A stretch of DNA of 64,000 nucleotides, taken from contig OY763929.1 of assembly GCA_963667675.1 (NCBI GenBank), forward strand, positions 622,358 through 686,357. Reading direction: 5' to 3'. Numbering within the stretch: the stretch's first letter is position 1; each line of letters starts with the position of its first letter. Positions 1-9,411 of the stretch are shown here, piece by piece. The translations under genes and the position numbers were made by a program. The notes beneath the pieces were generated by a model, which was given only the letters and a program-made list of their open reading frames with translations, had not been told where the DNA came from and did not search any database. Source of the stretch: Dehalococcoidia bacterium (GTDB taxonomy: Bacteria > Chloroflexota > Dehalococcoidia > Lucifugimonadales > UBA3495).

Positions 1-1
1 G

Positions 2-91
2 GCGTCCACGCCTGAAGAGCAGAAGACGGTCGTCCAAGCCGTCGACAGCGCCACCCAGTCCCTTTGGCGGTTCTTGGACGGCGTGTACTAA
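2..91 (+). CDS. 3' end of an unidentified CDS that begins upstream of the window
   Basis: The frame is open from the window edge to TAA at 89-91 (…ASTPEEQKTVVQAVDSATQSLWRFLDGVY*). It is too short to assign a function. Confidence 0.3.
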   Translation, partial: ASTPEEQKTVVQAVDSATQSLWRFLDGVY

Positions 92-118
92 GCGCCGCCG
101 CCGGGCGCCTACAGCAGT

Positions 119-1093
119 TTACGAACGTCCGCCCTCCTCACCGGCGGAGATAGACTCAGTAGCATTCGTCGTCATCGTTTCGATGACTCCCATCAGGTCG
201 GTCAGTTCCTGTTCGGTGACCTTGCTCACGATGCTGGAATAGTGCTCCCCCACGCTCCCCATGAGTTCCAGCGCAAGAGCGCGGCCCTTGTCGGTCACCT
301 CCACCCTCACCAAGCGCCGGTTTCCCTTGACGCGCACCTTTCGGATTAGCCTCCTGTCTTCCAGTTTGGACACCATGCGGCTTATTCGTCCGACGTCCAC
401 TGGGATATGTTCTGCAAGGCCCGAAATCGTGATTCGTTCGTTGGCGAAACAGGTTGCGAAAACCGAATATTCTGCAACCGCAAACCCGTGCGGAGACACG
501 CGCTCTTGAATTCCGGTGAACAGGACGTTTATCAACGACGTCATGTCGCTCTGCAGCTTGCCGATGAGCGACTCAATCGACTGACTTTGAGGCGGCTCTG
601 CCATTCCGGACGCCTTCCCCTCTCCATCCGAAGGAGGCTCGGACGAATCATCCGCCGTAATCATCTTCTCCATGACCGCAATGCAGCCTGCCAGTCGCTC
701 ATGGCCGATGCCCCTTAGGAGAAGGGCATAGTATTCCTGCGATTGCCTCATTAACTCAGGTATTATGGCAGCCCCTTCTTCCGTAACCCTGAGGCGCACC
801 AGGCGTTGGTCGTCCATGAGGCGCATCTTTTGCATTAGTCCCTTGTTCTGGAGTTCGGTCGTTGTCCGGCTCATGTGTCCGGAATCAATTGGGACCAGCT
901 TTTTCAGGTCTCTAATCGCAATCGGTCCCGCGGCCATGCATGCGCCGAGAATCGTATGTTCTACGGCGTCCACATTATAGCGAGAAAGCTGTCTGTTAAG
1001 CCCTTTGACGAGGACTTGCACCAAGGTGCCTAGGTCCCCTTGCAGTTTGGCAATCTTTTGGGTCAAGGGCTGGGTTGGAGGTTGGTTGCGCAC
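119..1093 (-). CDS. Tandem (duplicated) MarR-family transcriptional regulator
   Basis: The 324-aa ORF has two successive winged-helix MarR-like halves. Each contains a similar I..L......D.G..SR....L....L....R...D.R..R(L/V) pattern, and an acidic linker joins them. Confidence 0.8.
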   Translation of the reverse strand: MRNQPPTQPLTQKIAKLQGDLGTLVQVLVKGLNRQLSRYNVDAVEHTILGACMAAGPIAIRDLKKLVPIDSGHMSRTTTELQNKGLMQKMRLMDDQRLVRLRVTEEGAAIIPELMRQSQEYYALLLRGIGHERLAGCIAVMEKMITADDSSEPPSDGEGKASGMAEPPQSQSIESLIGKLQSDMTSLINVLFTGIQERVSPHGFAVAEYSVFATCFANERITISGLAEHIPVDVGRISRMVSKLEDRRLIRKVRVKGNRRLVRVEVTDKGRALALELMGSVGEHYSSIVSKVTEQELTDLMGVIETMTTNATESISAGEEGGRS

Positions 1094-1107
1094 GTCAAAG
1101 TTTGGCT

Positions 1108-1139
1108 CTTGATATTACTTATCACCACTGTATATCAAG
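1108..1139. promoter_or_regulatory. Candidate MarR operator palindrome
   Basis: CTTGATAT (1108-1115) and ATATCAAG (1132-1139) are perfect inverted 8-mers 15-45 bp upstream of the MarR start. Two GTTAAC palindromes lie nearby at 1183-1188 and 1194-1199. Confidence 0.35.
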
Positions 1140-1478
1140 GCCGCGCAGCGCTTCAAGGCATATTGCCTGCCGGCAACAACTTGTTAACATACTGTTAACT
1201 AGTGGAGTAAGCCGGGACTTTCTCAGGGGGTAAGCCCGGCGGTTCACCCAGGGGAGTCCCTTGCATAACCGTTTTTCCGACCAAGCCTGTCTTGGTGGAA
1301 ACTGGGAAGCCGGAATCTAACCGTGGGGGCTGGGCTGAAAAATGCCCCGGCCATCCCTAAGTTCTGCTCTTTGGCGAGTGGCTCAAGGGTCTCCAGGGCC
1401 GCCTTTGCATGGCCTAACGACAAAGGCCGAGCGGGCCCGTCCTCGCCTCCCTGGGGCGTGTGCCTTCCGCCCGGTGTC

Positions 1479-2543
1479 TCACGTCTTTGCCTCGACGAAG
1501 GTGAGTGCATCCCGCGGATTGTCCACCAGAATCCTGTCTATTGCTTCGTTGCTCAACCCCCGAGCCCGCATCCTATGGACTACGTGGCCCAGTATGTAGT
1601 GGTACCCGTGGCCGCCGTACTTCACCAGCCTGTGCTTGGCGCAGATGTCCTGGGCAACCACCACCTTGTCACCGTATCCCTGCGATGAAATCCAGGCGAT
1701 GTCGTCTATGCGCTTGGCGTCGCTGGGCATGTCGATATTTGGATTGGGCGGGTAGTAGGAACTTTCGTTGCCGAATAGGTCCCACTCCAGGTAGCATCCC
1801 GTCTCGGCTATCTGGCTCAGGGTCTCTTTCAGGAACACCGTGCGGTCAAGGTGGCTCATGATCGTCCGGTTCAGGTCTGCCCCGGCCTCGTCTAGCACTC
1901 CGATGATTTCCATAGGCGCAGCTTCATCCCTGCCTGGGTGTATCAGCAAGGGAGCGCCGGTCATCCTCTGCGCCCTGGCCGACGCCCTTAATACCTTGCG
2001 CTCGTTGTCCTCCAACGGCCAAGAACAGCCGACCTCTCCGATTACGCCTGCTTTGATGCCCGTGTCGTCGGCCCCTTCGGTCACGTCCCGGACGATTTGT
2101 TGGACAATGTCCTGTTCCGTAAGCTGGTCCATCTCCGGCGGATGGGCCGCGCCCACGTAATAGGACGCTCCCATGACGACGTTCACCCCCGTGGCATTGG
2201 AGATTCGGAACAGCCCCACCGGGTCGCGGGCAAGGCCGATGCTGGTGGCGTCCACCAGGGAGACTCCGCCGTGCTGCTTGTACAGCATCACCTCGTCTAT
2301 GGCCGTGGCCACGTCGAACAGGCGGGCGTTGTCCTGGTTGGAGGCGGCGTAGTGGCGTATCTGGCCCACGTTTTCCTGGGTGACAGGCTGGAAAAAGAAG
2401 TCCTTGGCCGTTGCGCTTTCCGGTAGCCTGCGTACAACCGAAATGTCTATCAGCAGGTGCTCGTGAGTCAAGGTCACCCCCAAACGCTCCGGGTCGATGG
2501 GGCCAGTCACGGTCTGCACCTTGCCGGCTAAACTTCCGTCCAC
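1479..2543 (-). CDS. Phosphotriesterase-family (PTE/Php-like amidohydrolase) protein
   Basis: The 354-aa ORF has an N-terminal THEHLLID metal-binding HxH motif, GVIGEVG, and later His/Asp ligands (HPGR, SHLD, AQDI), as in the phosphotriesterase family. Confidence 0.85.
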   Translation of the reverse strand: MDGSLAGKVQTVTGPIDPERLGVTLTHEHLLIDISVVRRLPESATAKDFFFQPVTQENVGQIRHYAASNQDNARLFDVATAIDEVMLYKQHGGVSLVDATSIGLARDPVGLFRISNATGVNVVMGASYYVGAAHPPEMDQLTEQDIVQQIVRDVTEGADDTGIKAGVIGEVGCSWPLEDNERKVLRASARAQRMTGAPLLIHPGRDEAAPMEIIGVLDEAGADLNRTIMSHLDRTVFLKETLSQIAETGCYLEWDLFGNESSYYPPNPNIDMPSDAKRIDDIAWISSQGYGDKVVVAQDICAKHRLVKYGGHGYHYILGHVVHRMRARGLSNEAIDRILVDNPRDALTFVEAKT

Positions 2544-2662
2544 TGTATTCGCCTCCTATTGCATACCTGCCATTCCCGAGTAGGCTAGACTATATCCTCC
2601 CAGCCTGCAATCCCGGTTGCCGTCATGCTCTCAACCCAATGCCCAGCCAATATAATGTCTGC

Positions 2663-3214
2663 ATGGTTGAGCGCCCCGCCTCTGGACAATCCGAATCGAC
2701 AGGACCGACCGGTAGGGAAAACACGTCGGTGCGCGACGCCCGCGTCGGCGAGTTAGGCCAAATCGCCCAAATGATGCTGGATGCCTACCAAGAATACCAG
2801 GCCTATTTCCCGCCTGACACGTGGGAGCGGTATGCCGCAAACATCATGGACGTCCGCAGCCGGTTGGATGTCTCCGAATTGATCGTTGCCGAGCGCAACG
2901 GACGCGTGGTGGGTTCGGTTACCCTCTATCCCAATCTGGAGAACGCCGAACAGGACTGGCCTCCTGGATGGGCCGGCGTCCGGCTGCTGGCCGTTCACCC
3001 CGACGCCAGGGGGCAGGGTATCGGGCGTGTCTTGATGGATGAATGCCTGCGCCGGTCCCGCGGGCGACGCTCTGTAGCCGTGGGCCTGCACACGTCAGAC
3101 ATCATGAAGGTGGCCAGGGGTCTCTATGAGAGGATGGGATTCGTGCGGGTCCCGGAGTTCGACTTCCGTACCGGCTCCAACTGGAATGTGATGGCTTACC
3201 GGCTGGACTTGTAA
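2663..3214 (+). CDS. GNAT-family N-acetyltransferase
   Basis: The acetyl-CoA binding motif RGQGIGRVLMDE follows a LLAVHPDARG strand. The start was moved to the ATG at 2663 because the longer ORF would overlap the upstream gene and promoter region. Confidence 0.8.
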   Translation: MVERPASGQSESTGPTGRENTSVRDARVGELGQIAQMMLDAYQEYQAYFPPDTWERYAANIMDVRSRLDVSELIVAERNGRVVGSVTLYPNLENAEQDWPPGWAGVRLLAVHPDARGQGIGRVLMDECLRRSRGRRSVAVGLHTSDIMKVARGLYERMGFVRVPEFDFRTGSNWNVMAYRLDL

Positions 3215-3280
3215 TTGCATTGGTGGACAAGCAATAGGTATGGTGGATGGGCAAACGTCTCGGCCCAGACTTTGACGCGG

Positions 3281-3493
3281 TCAACCGGTGAAAAAGTCGA
3301 AGATATTGCCCAGCGCGCTGCTGTCGGCCTGGTAAATCTCCGTATACCTGCACCGTTTGCAGGTGACGGTGGTGAACTTCCGGCTCTGAACGTCGAACAG
3401 CTTTGACAGAAATCCCCCGGTAGCCCGAAACTCGCTGGTCTCGTACTCCCCGTTAGAACACTTGGCGCATTGGAACATCCCCGTAACTGCCAT
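3281..3493 (-). CDS. Small zinc-ribbon protein
   Basis: The 70-aa ORF has two CxxC pairs (CAKC … CKRC), which is typical of Zn-ribbon nucleic-acid-binding proteins. Confidence 0.6.
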   Translation of the reverse strand: MAVTGMFQCAKCSNGEYETSEFRATGGFLSKLFDVQSRKFTTVTCKRCRYTEIYQADSSALGNIFDFFTG

Positions 3494-3784
3494 CTTTCAT
3501 CTCCAATCAACGCCTGGTCTGAACTTCATCGCAGACGTCCCGTGTAGGGAGAGTGGACCAACGCCGTCGCAGCGGCCTTCCCACCATTTATACCACAGTC
3601 CAGGTTAAGGCTGGATAGTTTTGGCCCTGTGTCATGCCACAACTTCGCTGCGCCGCTATGCTACGCAGTGGCAGTCCAAAGCGGGGAGTTCCATCCGGGG
3701 GAACGACTGGAACGGCGAGACCGGTTGACGAATCAGATGCCCGGGGCCGAAACTGTACTGACCGCTGCACATGGAGGCAGGTCA

Positions 3785-4498
3785 GTGAAGCTGGGAAACC
3801 CGGTTCGGGTCACCGGCGGCGTCTATCAAGTACGGGCCATCGGCGCCAGGGTCACCGTGCTTACTGCAGGCGACGAAGCAATGCTGGTGGACGCCGGCAT
3901 GAGGGGCAGCTCTCCCTTCATAGCCGGCGGCTTGCAGGCTTTGGGCCTTTCCCTCGACGCGGTCAAGGTCGTGGTCGTCAGCCACCGTCACCCGGACCAC
4001 GCGTCCGGTGTCGGGGAACTTGTAGCCGGCAGACGAATCGCAGTCATGGCCCACCCCCTCGAAGCCAGCATCCTGGGCAGCGCTGAACGTCACCCCAGTC
4101 CGTTCCAGAATAGACTGGCGGCACAGGTTGCCCAGCCGGTCCTCGACGCAGTCAGTGGCAGCCCCATTGCCGTGGACGCCGAATTGGAAGACGGCCAGGC
4201 CATCCCCTTCTCGTATCTTGTCCGCGTAGTGCACCTGCCGGGTCACACCGCCGGCAGCATAGCCTTGTTCTTACCGGAGCAGAAACTGGTCATCGTAGGA
4301 GACGCCCTGCAGTACAAGCTTGGCCGCAGGCTCACTCCCCCCGCCGCCGGCGTCACCGAAGACCCGGCGCTGGCCCTGCAGTCGCTGCGAAAGCTGCTGG
4401 CCCTTGACTTCGACGCGCTCTGCTTCAGTCATTTCCCCCCAATGCGCAGTGGCGCATACGAGGCATTCAGCGCAATGCTCCGCCGGCGGGTCCCTTGA
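3785..4498 (+). CDS. MBL-fold metallo-hydrolase
   Basis: The HxHxDH motif SHRHPDHASG is present, with a later HLPGHTAG. The preferred start is GTG 3785, which lies 7 nt after GGAGG (3773-3777). In-frame alternatives are ATG 3737 and ATG 3629. Confidence 0.8.
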   Translation: MKLGNPVRVTGGVYQVRAIGARVTVLTAGDEAMLVDAGMRGSSPFIAGGLQALGLSLDAVKVVVVSHRHPDHASGVGELVAGRRIAVMAHPLEASILGSAERHPSPFQNRLAAQVAQPVLDAVSGSPIAVDAELEDGQAIPFSYLVRVVHLPGHTAGSIALFLPEQKLVIVGDALQYKLGRRLTPPAAGVTEDPALALQSLRKLLALDFDALCFSHFPPMRSGAYEAFSAMLRRRVP

Positions 4499-4574
4499 TT
4501 CCGGCCAAGCTGCGAAATGGCGGAACGTAGTCCCACGGACTAGCCCGGCAGCCTCCATTCAGGAGATTGAAGTA

Positions 4575-7082
4575 ATGCCAACCGGTAAAGACGGGGCCGC
4601 GACTGCGACTACTGTCATCGAGTTCATCAAGAAATGCGTCGACGCCCACGGCCCTCGCGATGCGCTGCTGTTCAAGCCGGGTTTCCGCTACCAGCGTTGG
4701 TCCTATGACCGCCTCTGGAAAGAATCGGGACAGGTGGCCTCCCTTCTCCAAAGCCGGGGATTGTCCAAGGGAGACCAAGCCGTCCTCTGGGGGCCCAATT
4801 CTCCCCAGTGGGTGCTCATCTTCTTGGGCTGCCTGCGGGCAGGCGTCATTGTTGTGCCGCTGGACCTACGCAGCGCGCCGGATTACGTCCAGCGGGTCGT
4901 CTCGCTGGTGTCGCCCAAGGTCGCCTTCACCTCGCGCTACACGCCCAAGGGAGACGTAACTCTTGACGCGCCGGAGATTACCTTCGAGGAACTGGAGGAC
5001 CGTATTCTGGGTCTTGGCGCCCCCGACCCCGTCGAAACGATCCCGGACGACCTGGTGGAGATCATGTTTACCTCGGGCACCACGGGCGACCCCAAGGGCG
5101 TGATGCTGACCCATCGCAACATCACCGCCAATATCGAAGGCATCTCCCAATACATCACCTGCCAGCCGTCCAGCAGGCTCCTCTCCATCCTGCCCCTCAG
5201 CCACATGTACGAGCAGACTGGCGGCCTGCTCACCGCGTTGCACTTCGGGGCCAGCGTCACCTATCCCACCAGCAGGCAGCCGACGGTCCTCGCCCGCACC
5301 ATGCGAGAACGCAAAGTCACCACCATGCTCCTTGTCCCCCAGGCGCTGGAACTGCTCATGAACGGCATCGAACGGGAGGTCAGGCGCCAGGGAAAAGAAG
5401 GGCTTTGGCTGAAACTGCTGAAGATAGCCGGTAAGACTCCCTTCCCATTGCGCCGGCGTCTCTTCGGCCGCGTACACCGGCAGTTTGGCGGAAAGCTCGA
5501 CTTCATCGTCTCCGGCGGCGCGGCCCTCGACCCGGAATTGGGCCGCAAGTGGGAGTTGCTCGGCGTCAAAATCGTACAAGGCTACGGGGCCACCGAGGCA
5601 TCCCCCGTCATTAGCAACCACACCCTGAGCGAGCGAAGGCACGACTCGGTGGGCCGTCCCCTGCCCAACGTCCAGGTCCAAATCACCGAGGAAGGCGAAA
5701 TCCTCGCCAGGGGAGAAAGCATATCGCCAGGCTACTGGAACGCCCCGGAGCAGACGGCTGCCGCCTTCAAAGAGGGCTGGTACTACACCGGCGATATTGG
5801 CTATTTCGACGAGGAGGGATTCCTCCACATCAAGGGCCGCGTCAAGGACATGATTGTCCTGTCCAGTGGGCAGAACGTGTACCCCGACGACATCCAGGCA
5901 GTGCTCAACCGGCACCCCAATGTCACCGACTCTGCGGTGGTGGGCCTGCCCAGGGGGAGCTCCATCGAGGTGCACGCCGCCCTGATTATCAACGATGATG
6001 CAGACCCCGGATCAATCATCTCGTGGGCCAACGAACAGCTGGCCGAGCATCAGATGGTGAGGGGCCACACCGTCTGGCCGGGCGAAGACTTCCCCCGCAC
6101 CCACACCATGAAGGTGAAGAAGCAACTGCTCATCGACGCGCTCCAGGGCAACGCCCCTCCTGTCCCCGCGGCCGGCGCCGGCCCGGCGGCGTCGGGCAGC
6201 CGTCCGGGAGACCGGGGCCTCGAGGACGTCATCGCCGAGGTCGCCAATGTTGACCCCTCTGAAATCACGCCGGGCATGACCTTGGGCGATGACCTCGGCC
6301 TGGACTCCCTTGGCCGGGTCGAGCTGCTGTCGGCCGTCGAGGCGGACCTTGGTACCTACTTGGACGAGAGCCAGGTCGGGCCAGAGACCACCGTCCGGGA
6401 GCTTGAGCAAGTATTGGAAGAGGGCGCCAACAACCCGCCGCTCACCCGGTTCCCTGACTGGGGCATGGACTGGTGGTGCCGTATGACCCGGGGCATGATT
6501 CAACGGTTGCTGGTGTTCCCCCTCCTCAAACTCCCCTACGGCTTGAAGGTCTCCGGACAGGAAAACCTCCGCGCCATCGACGGCCCGGTTCTGTTCGCCT
6601 CCAACCACAGCCTTGGCCTCGACAATCCCCTGATTATCAAGGCAGTCCCTCCGGCATGGCGTCGGCGGTTGGCCATCGCCGGGGCCGCCGCCTTGTGGAA
6701 AAATCCCGTGTTTTGGGTCATGAACCCCCTGTTGGGCAACGGGTTCCCCCTCGCTCATGAAGGCGCCGTCCGCCCCAGCTTGGAGAACATGGGCAAGATT
6801 CTCGACAGCGGCTGGTCCGTGCTGATTTACCCTGAGGGGGAGCTGACCGTCGGCGGACCCATCAAGCCGTTCATGAACGGTACCGGCCTGGTCGCCGTAG
6901 AAGGCCGTCTGCCCGTAGTCCCCGTCAAGCTGCACATCTACCGCCTCGGCGCGCCTGTGCGATTTCCCGTCCTCAAGCGGGGCCACGTTGAGGTCCGCTT
7001 CGGCGAGCCCTTGACGTTCTCTCCAAGCGCGTCCTACCAGGAAGCCACCCAGGCGATTGAACAGGCGGTACGGGTGTTGTGA
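4575..7082 (+). CDS. Fusion protein of acyl-AMP/CoA ligase, acyl-carrier (PP-binding) domain and PlsC-type acyltransferase
   Basis: AMP-binding motifs are present (MFTSGTTGDPKGV, GYGATE, YYTGDIGYFDEEGFLHIKGRVKD). A carrier-domain motif LGLDSLGRVEL follows, and then the acyltransferase NHSLGLD(H..D-like)/YPEGE motifs. AGGAG precedes the start at ATG 4575. The 4320 start in the track is an upstream extension. Confidence 0.85.
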   Translation: MPTGKDGAATATTVIEFIKKCVDAHGPRDALLFKPGFRYQRWSYDRLWKESGQVASLLQSRGLSKGDQAVLWGPNSPQWVLIFLGCLRAGVIVVPLDLRSAPDYVQRVVSLVSPKVAFTSRYTPKGDVTLDAPEITFEELEDRILGLGAPDPVETIPDDLVEIMFTSGTTGDPKGVMLTHRNITANIEGISQYITCQPSSRLLSILPLSHMYEQTGGLLTALHFGASVTYPTSRQPTVLARTMRERKVTTMLLVPQALELLMNGIEREVRRQGKEGLWLKLLKIAGKTPFPLRRRLFGRVHRQFGGKLDFIVSGGAALDPELGRKWELLGVKIVQGYGATEASPVISNHTLSERRHDSVGRPLPNVQVQITEEGEILARGESISPGYWNAPEQTAAAFKEGWYYTGDIGYFDEEGFLHIKGRVKDMIVLSSGQNVYPDDIQAVLNRHPNVTDSAVVGLPRGSSIEVHAALIINDDADPGSIISWANEQLAEHQMVRGHTVWPGEDFPRTHTMKVKKQLLIDALQGNAPPVPAAGAGPAASGSRPGDRGLEDVIAEVANVDPSEITPGMTLGDDLGLDSLGRVELLSAVEADLGTYLDESQVGPETTVRELEQVLEEGANNPPLTRFPDWGMDWWCRMTRGMIQRLLVFPLLKLPYGLKVSGQENLRAIDGPVLFASNHSLGLDNPLIIKAVPPAWRRRLAIAGAAALWKNPVFWVMNPLLGNGFPLAHEGAVRPSLENMGKILDSGWSVLIYPEGELTVGGPIKPFMNGTGLVAVEGRLPVVPVKLHIYRLGAPVRFPVLKRGHVEVRFGEPLTFSPSASYQEATQAIEQAVRVL

Positions 7083-7292
7083 CGCCTCCCGGTAACATTA
7101 GTTAGTTGCGAGGCAACGATACCCATTTCGGTAACATCTATTGTGAGTCAACTCGGTCGCTGGCAATCAGCCTCATTGGACCGGCTGACGAACATTCGAC
7201 AGGGGTAAATGGGTCGGGGTCCAAGGGGGCGTCAGAGATGCTGACTGTTGCCGAAAGAGATGGGTCATCCACCTGACTTGGAGGGACGCCGT

Positions 7293-7868
7293 ATGAGCAA
7301 ACAAGAGAGTGAGATTCAGCCCGCTGCGCCGGTCAGGCGTCGTCGCGTCCGTCATGGACTGGTCATCGTCAATACAGGCGAGGGCAAGGGCAAGACAACC
7401 GCGGCGCTGGGGGTTATTTTTCGGGCTTGGGGCCGGGACTTCCGCATACGCATGTTCCAGTTCATCAAGCACACGGGAGCTCGATTCGGAGAGCATCGGA
7501 CGGCCCAACGGCTGGAAATACCCATAGAGGCCCTGGGCGATGGCTTCACTTGGCTTTCCAAGGACATGGACAGGACCGCGGCCCTCGCCGTCGAACAGTG
7601 GGACCGCTGCAAAGAAGCCATCCTGAACGGAGACGAGGACATCATCATCCTCGATGAGTTCACCTACGCCATGCACTACGGCTGGGTCCCCGTTGCCGAC
7701 GTCGTTGACGCCCTGCAGCGGCGGAGAGACACCATGCACGTAATCATCACCGGCCGGTATGCCCCGCAAGAGCTTGTAGACTGCGCCGACCTGGTCACCG
7801 AAATGAAGATGATTAAGCATCCTTACCAGGAAAAGGGCATCAAGGCCCAACAGGGCATAGAGTTCTAG
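7293..7868 (+). CDS. cobO: Cob(I)yrinic acid a,c-diamide adenosyltransferase (CobO/BtuR type)
   Basis: The P-loop-like motif NTGEGKGKTTAALG and the length are typical of the CobA/CobO/BtuR family. ATG 7293 follows GGAGGGA. Confidence 0.85.
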   Translation: MSKQESEIQPAAPVRRRRVRHGLVIVNTGEGKGKTTAALGVIFRAWGRDFRIRMFQFIKHTGARFGEHRTAQRLEIPIEALGDGFTWLSKDMDRTAALAVEQWDRCKEAILNGDEDIIILDEFTYAMHYGWVPVADVVDALQRRRDTMHVIITGRYAPQELVDCADLVTEMKMIKHPYQEKGIKAQQGIEF

Positions 7869-7901
7869 CGATGACCATTGCAGTAGTACAATGATCTGGA
7901 A

Positions 7902-8084
7902 ATGACAGCCAACAGAGTCAAGATCGTCGCCCAGGCCCTGTTGTTCGTGCTGGCGGTTGTTGTGTTCTACGTGGGTCTTGGCGTAGGACTGCAAATCAGC
8001 CCTACCCTCGGCTCCATCCTGTGGTTCGTCGCTGCGGCCATCGTGGCCTTGGACCTGATTTGGATTGCCCGGTCTCGTCGCTGA
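7902..8084 (+). CDS. Small two-TM membrane protein (hypothetical)
   Basis: The 60-aa ORF has two hydrophobic helices. No family was recognised. Confidence 0.4.
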   Translation: MTANRVKIVAQALLFVLAVVVFYVGLGVGLQISPTLGSILWFVAAAIVALDLIWIARSRR

Positions 8085-8272
8085 CGCAACTGCCCAAGAT
8101 ACCGTAGACCACAGGCCAACTATCTTGCAGGCTTACGTTGCGTTGACAAGAGCTACGGGCCAAGCCTACACTTCACCGGCTGTCTGCGCCTGCATTCGCC
8201 TCCGTTAGCCTTAGATGTCCCCAGTTGGAATGCAGGCAAACTCTAGCCCACCCTCGGTTTGGAGTCGGCATA

Positions 8273-8929
8273 ATGCAGAATGTAATCAGGTCCGGCGAAT
8301 TTGTGGTTCAGGCCAAGCCGTGGTCGGTGATAGGCCCGTTCAACAACTCCCTTATGGACTCCCTCTTCCCGTCCATCAATACCCTCCAGAGATTGGCCAT
8401 ATCGTTGCTGTTCGTGGGATTGCTGGTAGCCTTCGGGCGGGCGACGTTCTACCTGCCGGATAACCCCGTACCCATCACCTTTCAGACCACCGGCGTACTC
8501 CTCATTGGAGGAGTCTTGGGGCTGCGGTGGGGCCTCTTTGCCATCCTCGTCTACTACTTCCTGGGCATGGCCGGGGTTCCAGTATTCAAAGACGGCGGCA
8601 ATGGCTGGGACTACGTGACCGGCTCAGTCACTGGAGGTTATCTTATCGGGTTTGTCGCCGCCGCCGTGTTGGTGGGCTACCTGTCCCAGCGCGGTTGGAA
8701 TCGCGGCCGTTCCCTGTGGCCCATGCTCCTGGGAAGCCTCTTCATCTACGTCCCTGGTCTCCTGTGGCTGCACTATTTTGACTTCGGTTGGCCCGCCGAG
8801 GGAGAACTCTTCAGCGGCGGAATGTACCCGTTTATCCCCGGAGACCTGGTGAAGCTGATGATCGCGTCGCTGGTGGTAGGCTTCGGCTGGAAACTTGCAG
8901 ACCGGCGCCAGCAGTCCGACGGGCCCTAA
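8273..8929 (+). CDS. bioY: Biotin transporter BioY (ECF S-component)
   Basis: The polytopic membrane protein has the BioY-like segments GGYLIGF and PFIPGDLVK. The start is uncertain (ATG 8273, versus 8225 in the track). Confidence 0.8.
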   Translation: MQNVIRSGEFVVQAKPWSVIGPFNNSLMDSLFPSINTLQRLAISLLFVGLLVAFGRATFYLPDNPVPITFQTTGVLLIGGVLGLRWGLFAILVYYFLGMAGVPVFKDGGNGWDYVTGSVTGGYLIGFVAAAVLVGYLSQRGWNRGRSLWPMLLGSLFIYVPGLLWLHYFDFGWPAEGELFSGGMYPFIPGDLVKLMIASLVVGFGWKLADRRQQSDGP

Positions 8930-9089
8930 CCCGGAAATCATACTCCGTTGGACTTTCCTACGCCGTTGACCCCGGAAGTCCGCGTGAGACTCCCCGAATA
9001 CACTAGCGGATGAGCTAGGAGTCGATTTGGGCCGCCGCTGGGCATGCGCGGCCGATGGAGCTCTTTTATGGTTTATCGAGGGAAATGTT

Positions 9090-9175
9090 TGGTGCCGGGG
9101 GAGGGAATCGAACCCACACACCGGTCAAGGTAGCGGATTTTAAGTCCGCCGCGTCTACCGTTCCGCCACCCCGGC
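9090..9175 (-). tRNA. tRNA-Leu (anticodon UAA)
   Basis: The reverse complement folds as a cloverleaf. It has acceptor GCCGGGG/CCCCGGC, anticodon loop CUUAAAA, a long variable arm, T-loop GGTTCGATTCC, and an encoded CCA. Confidence 0.9.
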
Positions 9176-9311
9176 CACCTGGCCGCCTCCGTTGGCCGAC
9201 ACTGACATAGCGCCAGCTACGAAGGCATGTCTATTCTAGCATAAGGCCCCCTGTCACTCTGCCCTTGACACGCCCGAAACCCCATACCTAAACTGAGACC
9301 TACCGCCCCGC

Positions 9312-9340
9312 CATTCCCGCCCCCGAGCGGGAATCTAAAG
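9312..9340. repeat. REP-like hairpin element (type A variant)
   Basis: The sequence is cATTCCCGCccccgaGCGGGAATctaaag. It has the same architecture as the copies at 23686, 26857, 26930, 31428, 31604 and 34165. Confidence 0.6.
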
Positions 9341-9411
9341 TCCGGCGGCCCCGCCAAATAACCACCCGTCGACCTAGCCGATTCCGCACCGCCAGGAGAA
9401 GAAACATAGCC

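Noticed and set aside
1200-1478. A 385-bp non-coding gap between the phosphotriesterase-like gene and the MarR gene. It contains several hairpins and a GGGAAGCCGG…CCG segment that superficially recalls a cobalamin riboswitch core. A GAGAAAGTCCCGGC segment recalls RNase P P4.
   Set aside because: The other conserved blocks of those RNAs (the B12 box with GCCACTG, and the RNase P P4 3' strand at the right spacing) are not visible. The orientation and neighbouring genes do not fit either. It could still hold an ncRNA, so an Rfam scan would settle it.
4320-4574. Upstream extensions of several track ORFs. Examples are 4320 for the ligase fusion, 44154-44327 for pth, 47475-47711 for the isomerase, 55282-55509 for the hydratase, 52841-53068 for the SAM methyltransferase and 2411-2662 for the GNAT.
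   Set aside because: The extensions overlap neighbouring genes or intergenic repeats, are low-complexity, and precede internal start codons that have better Shine-Dalgarno sites and family-typical N-termini.
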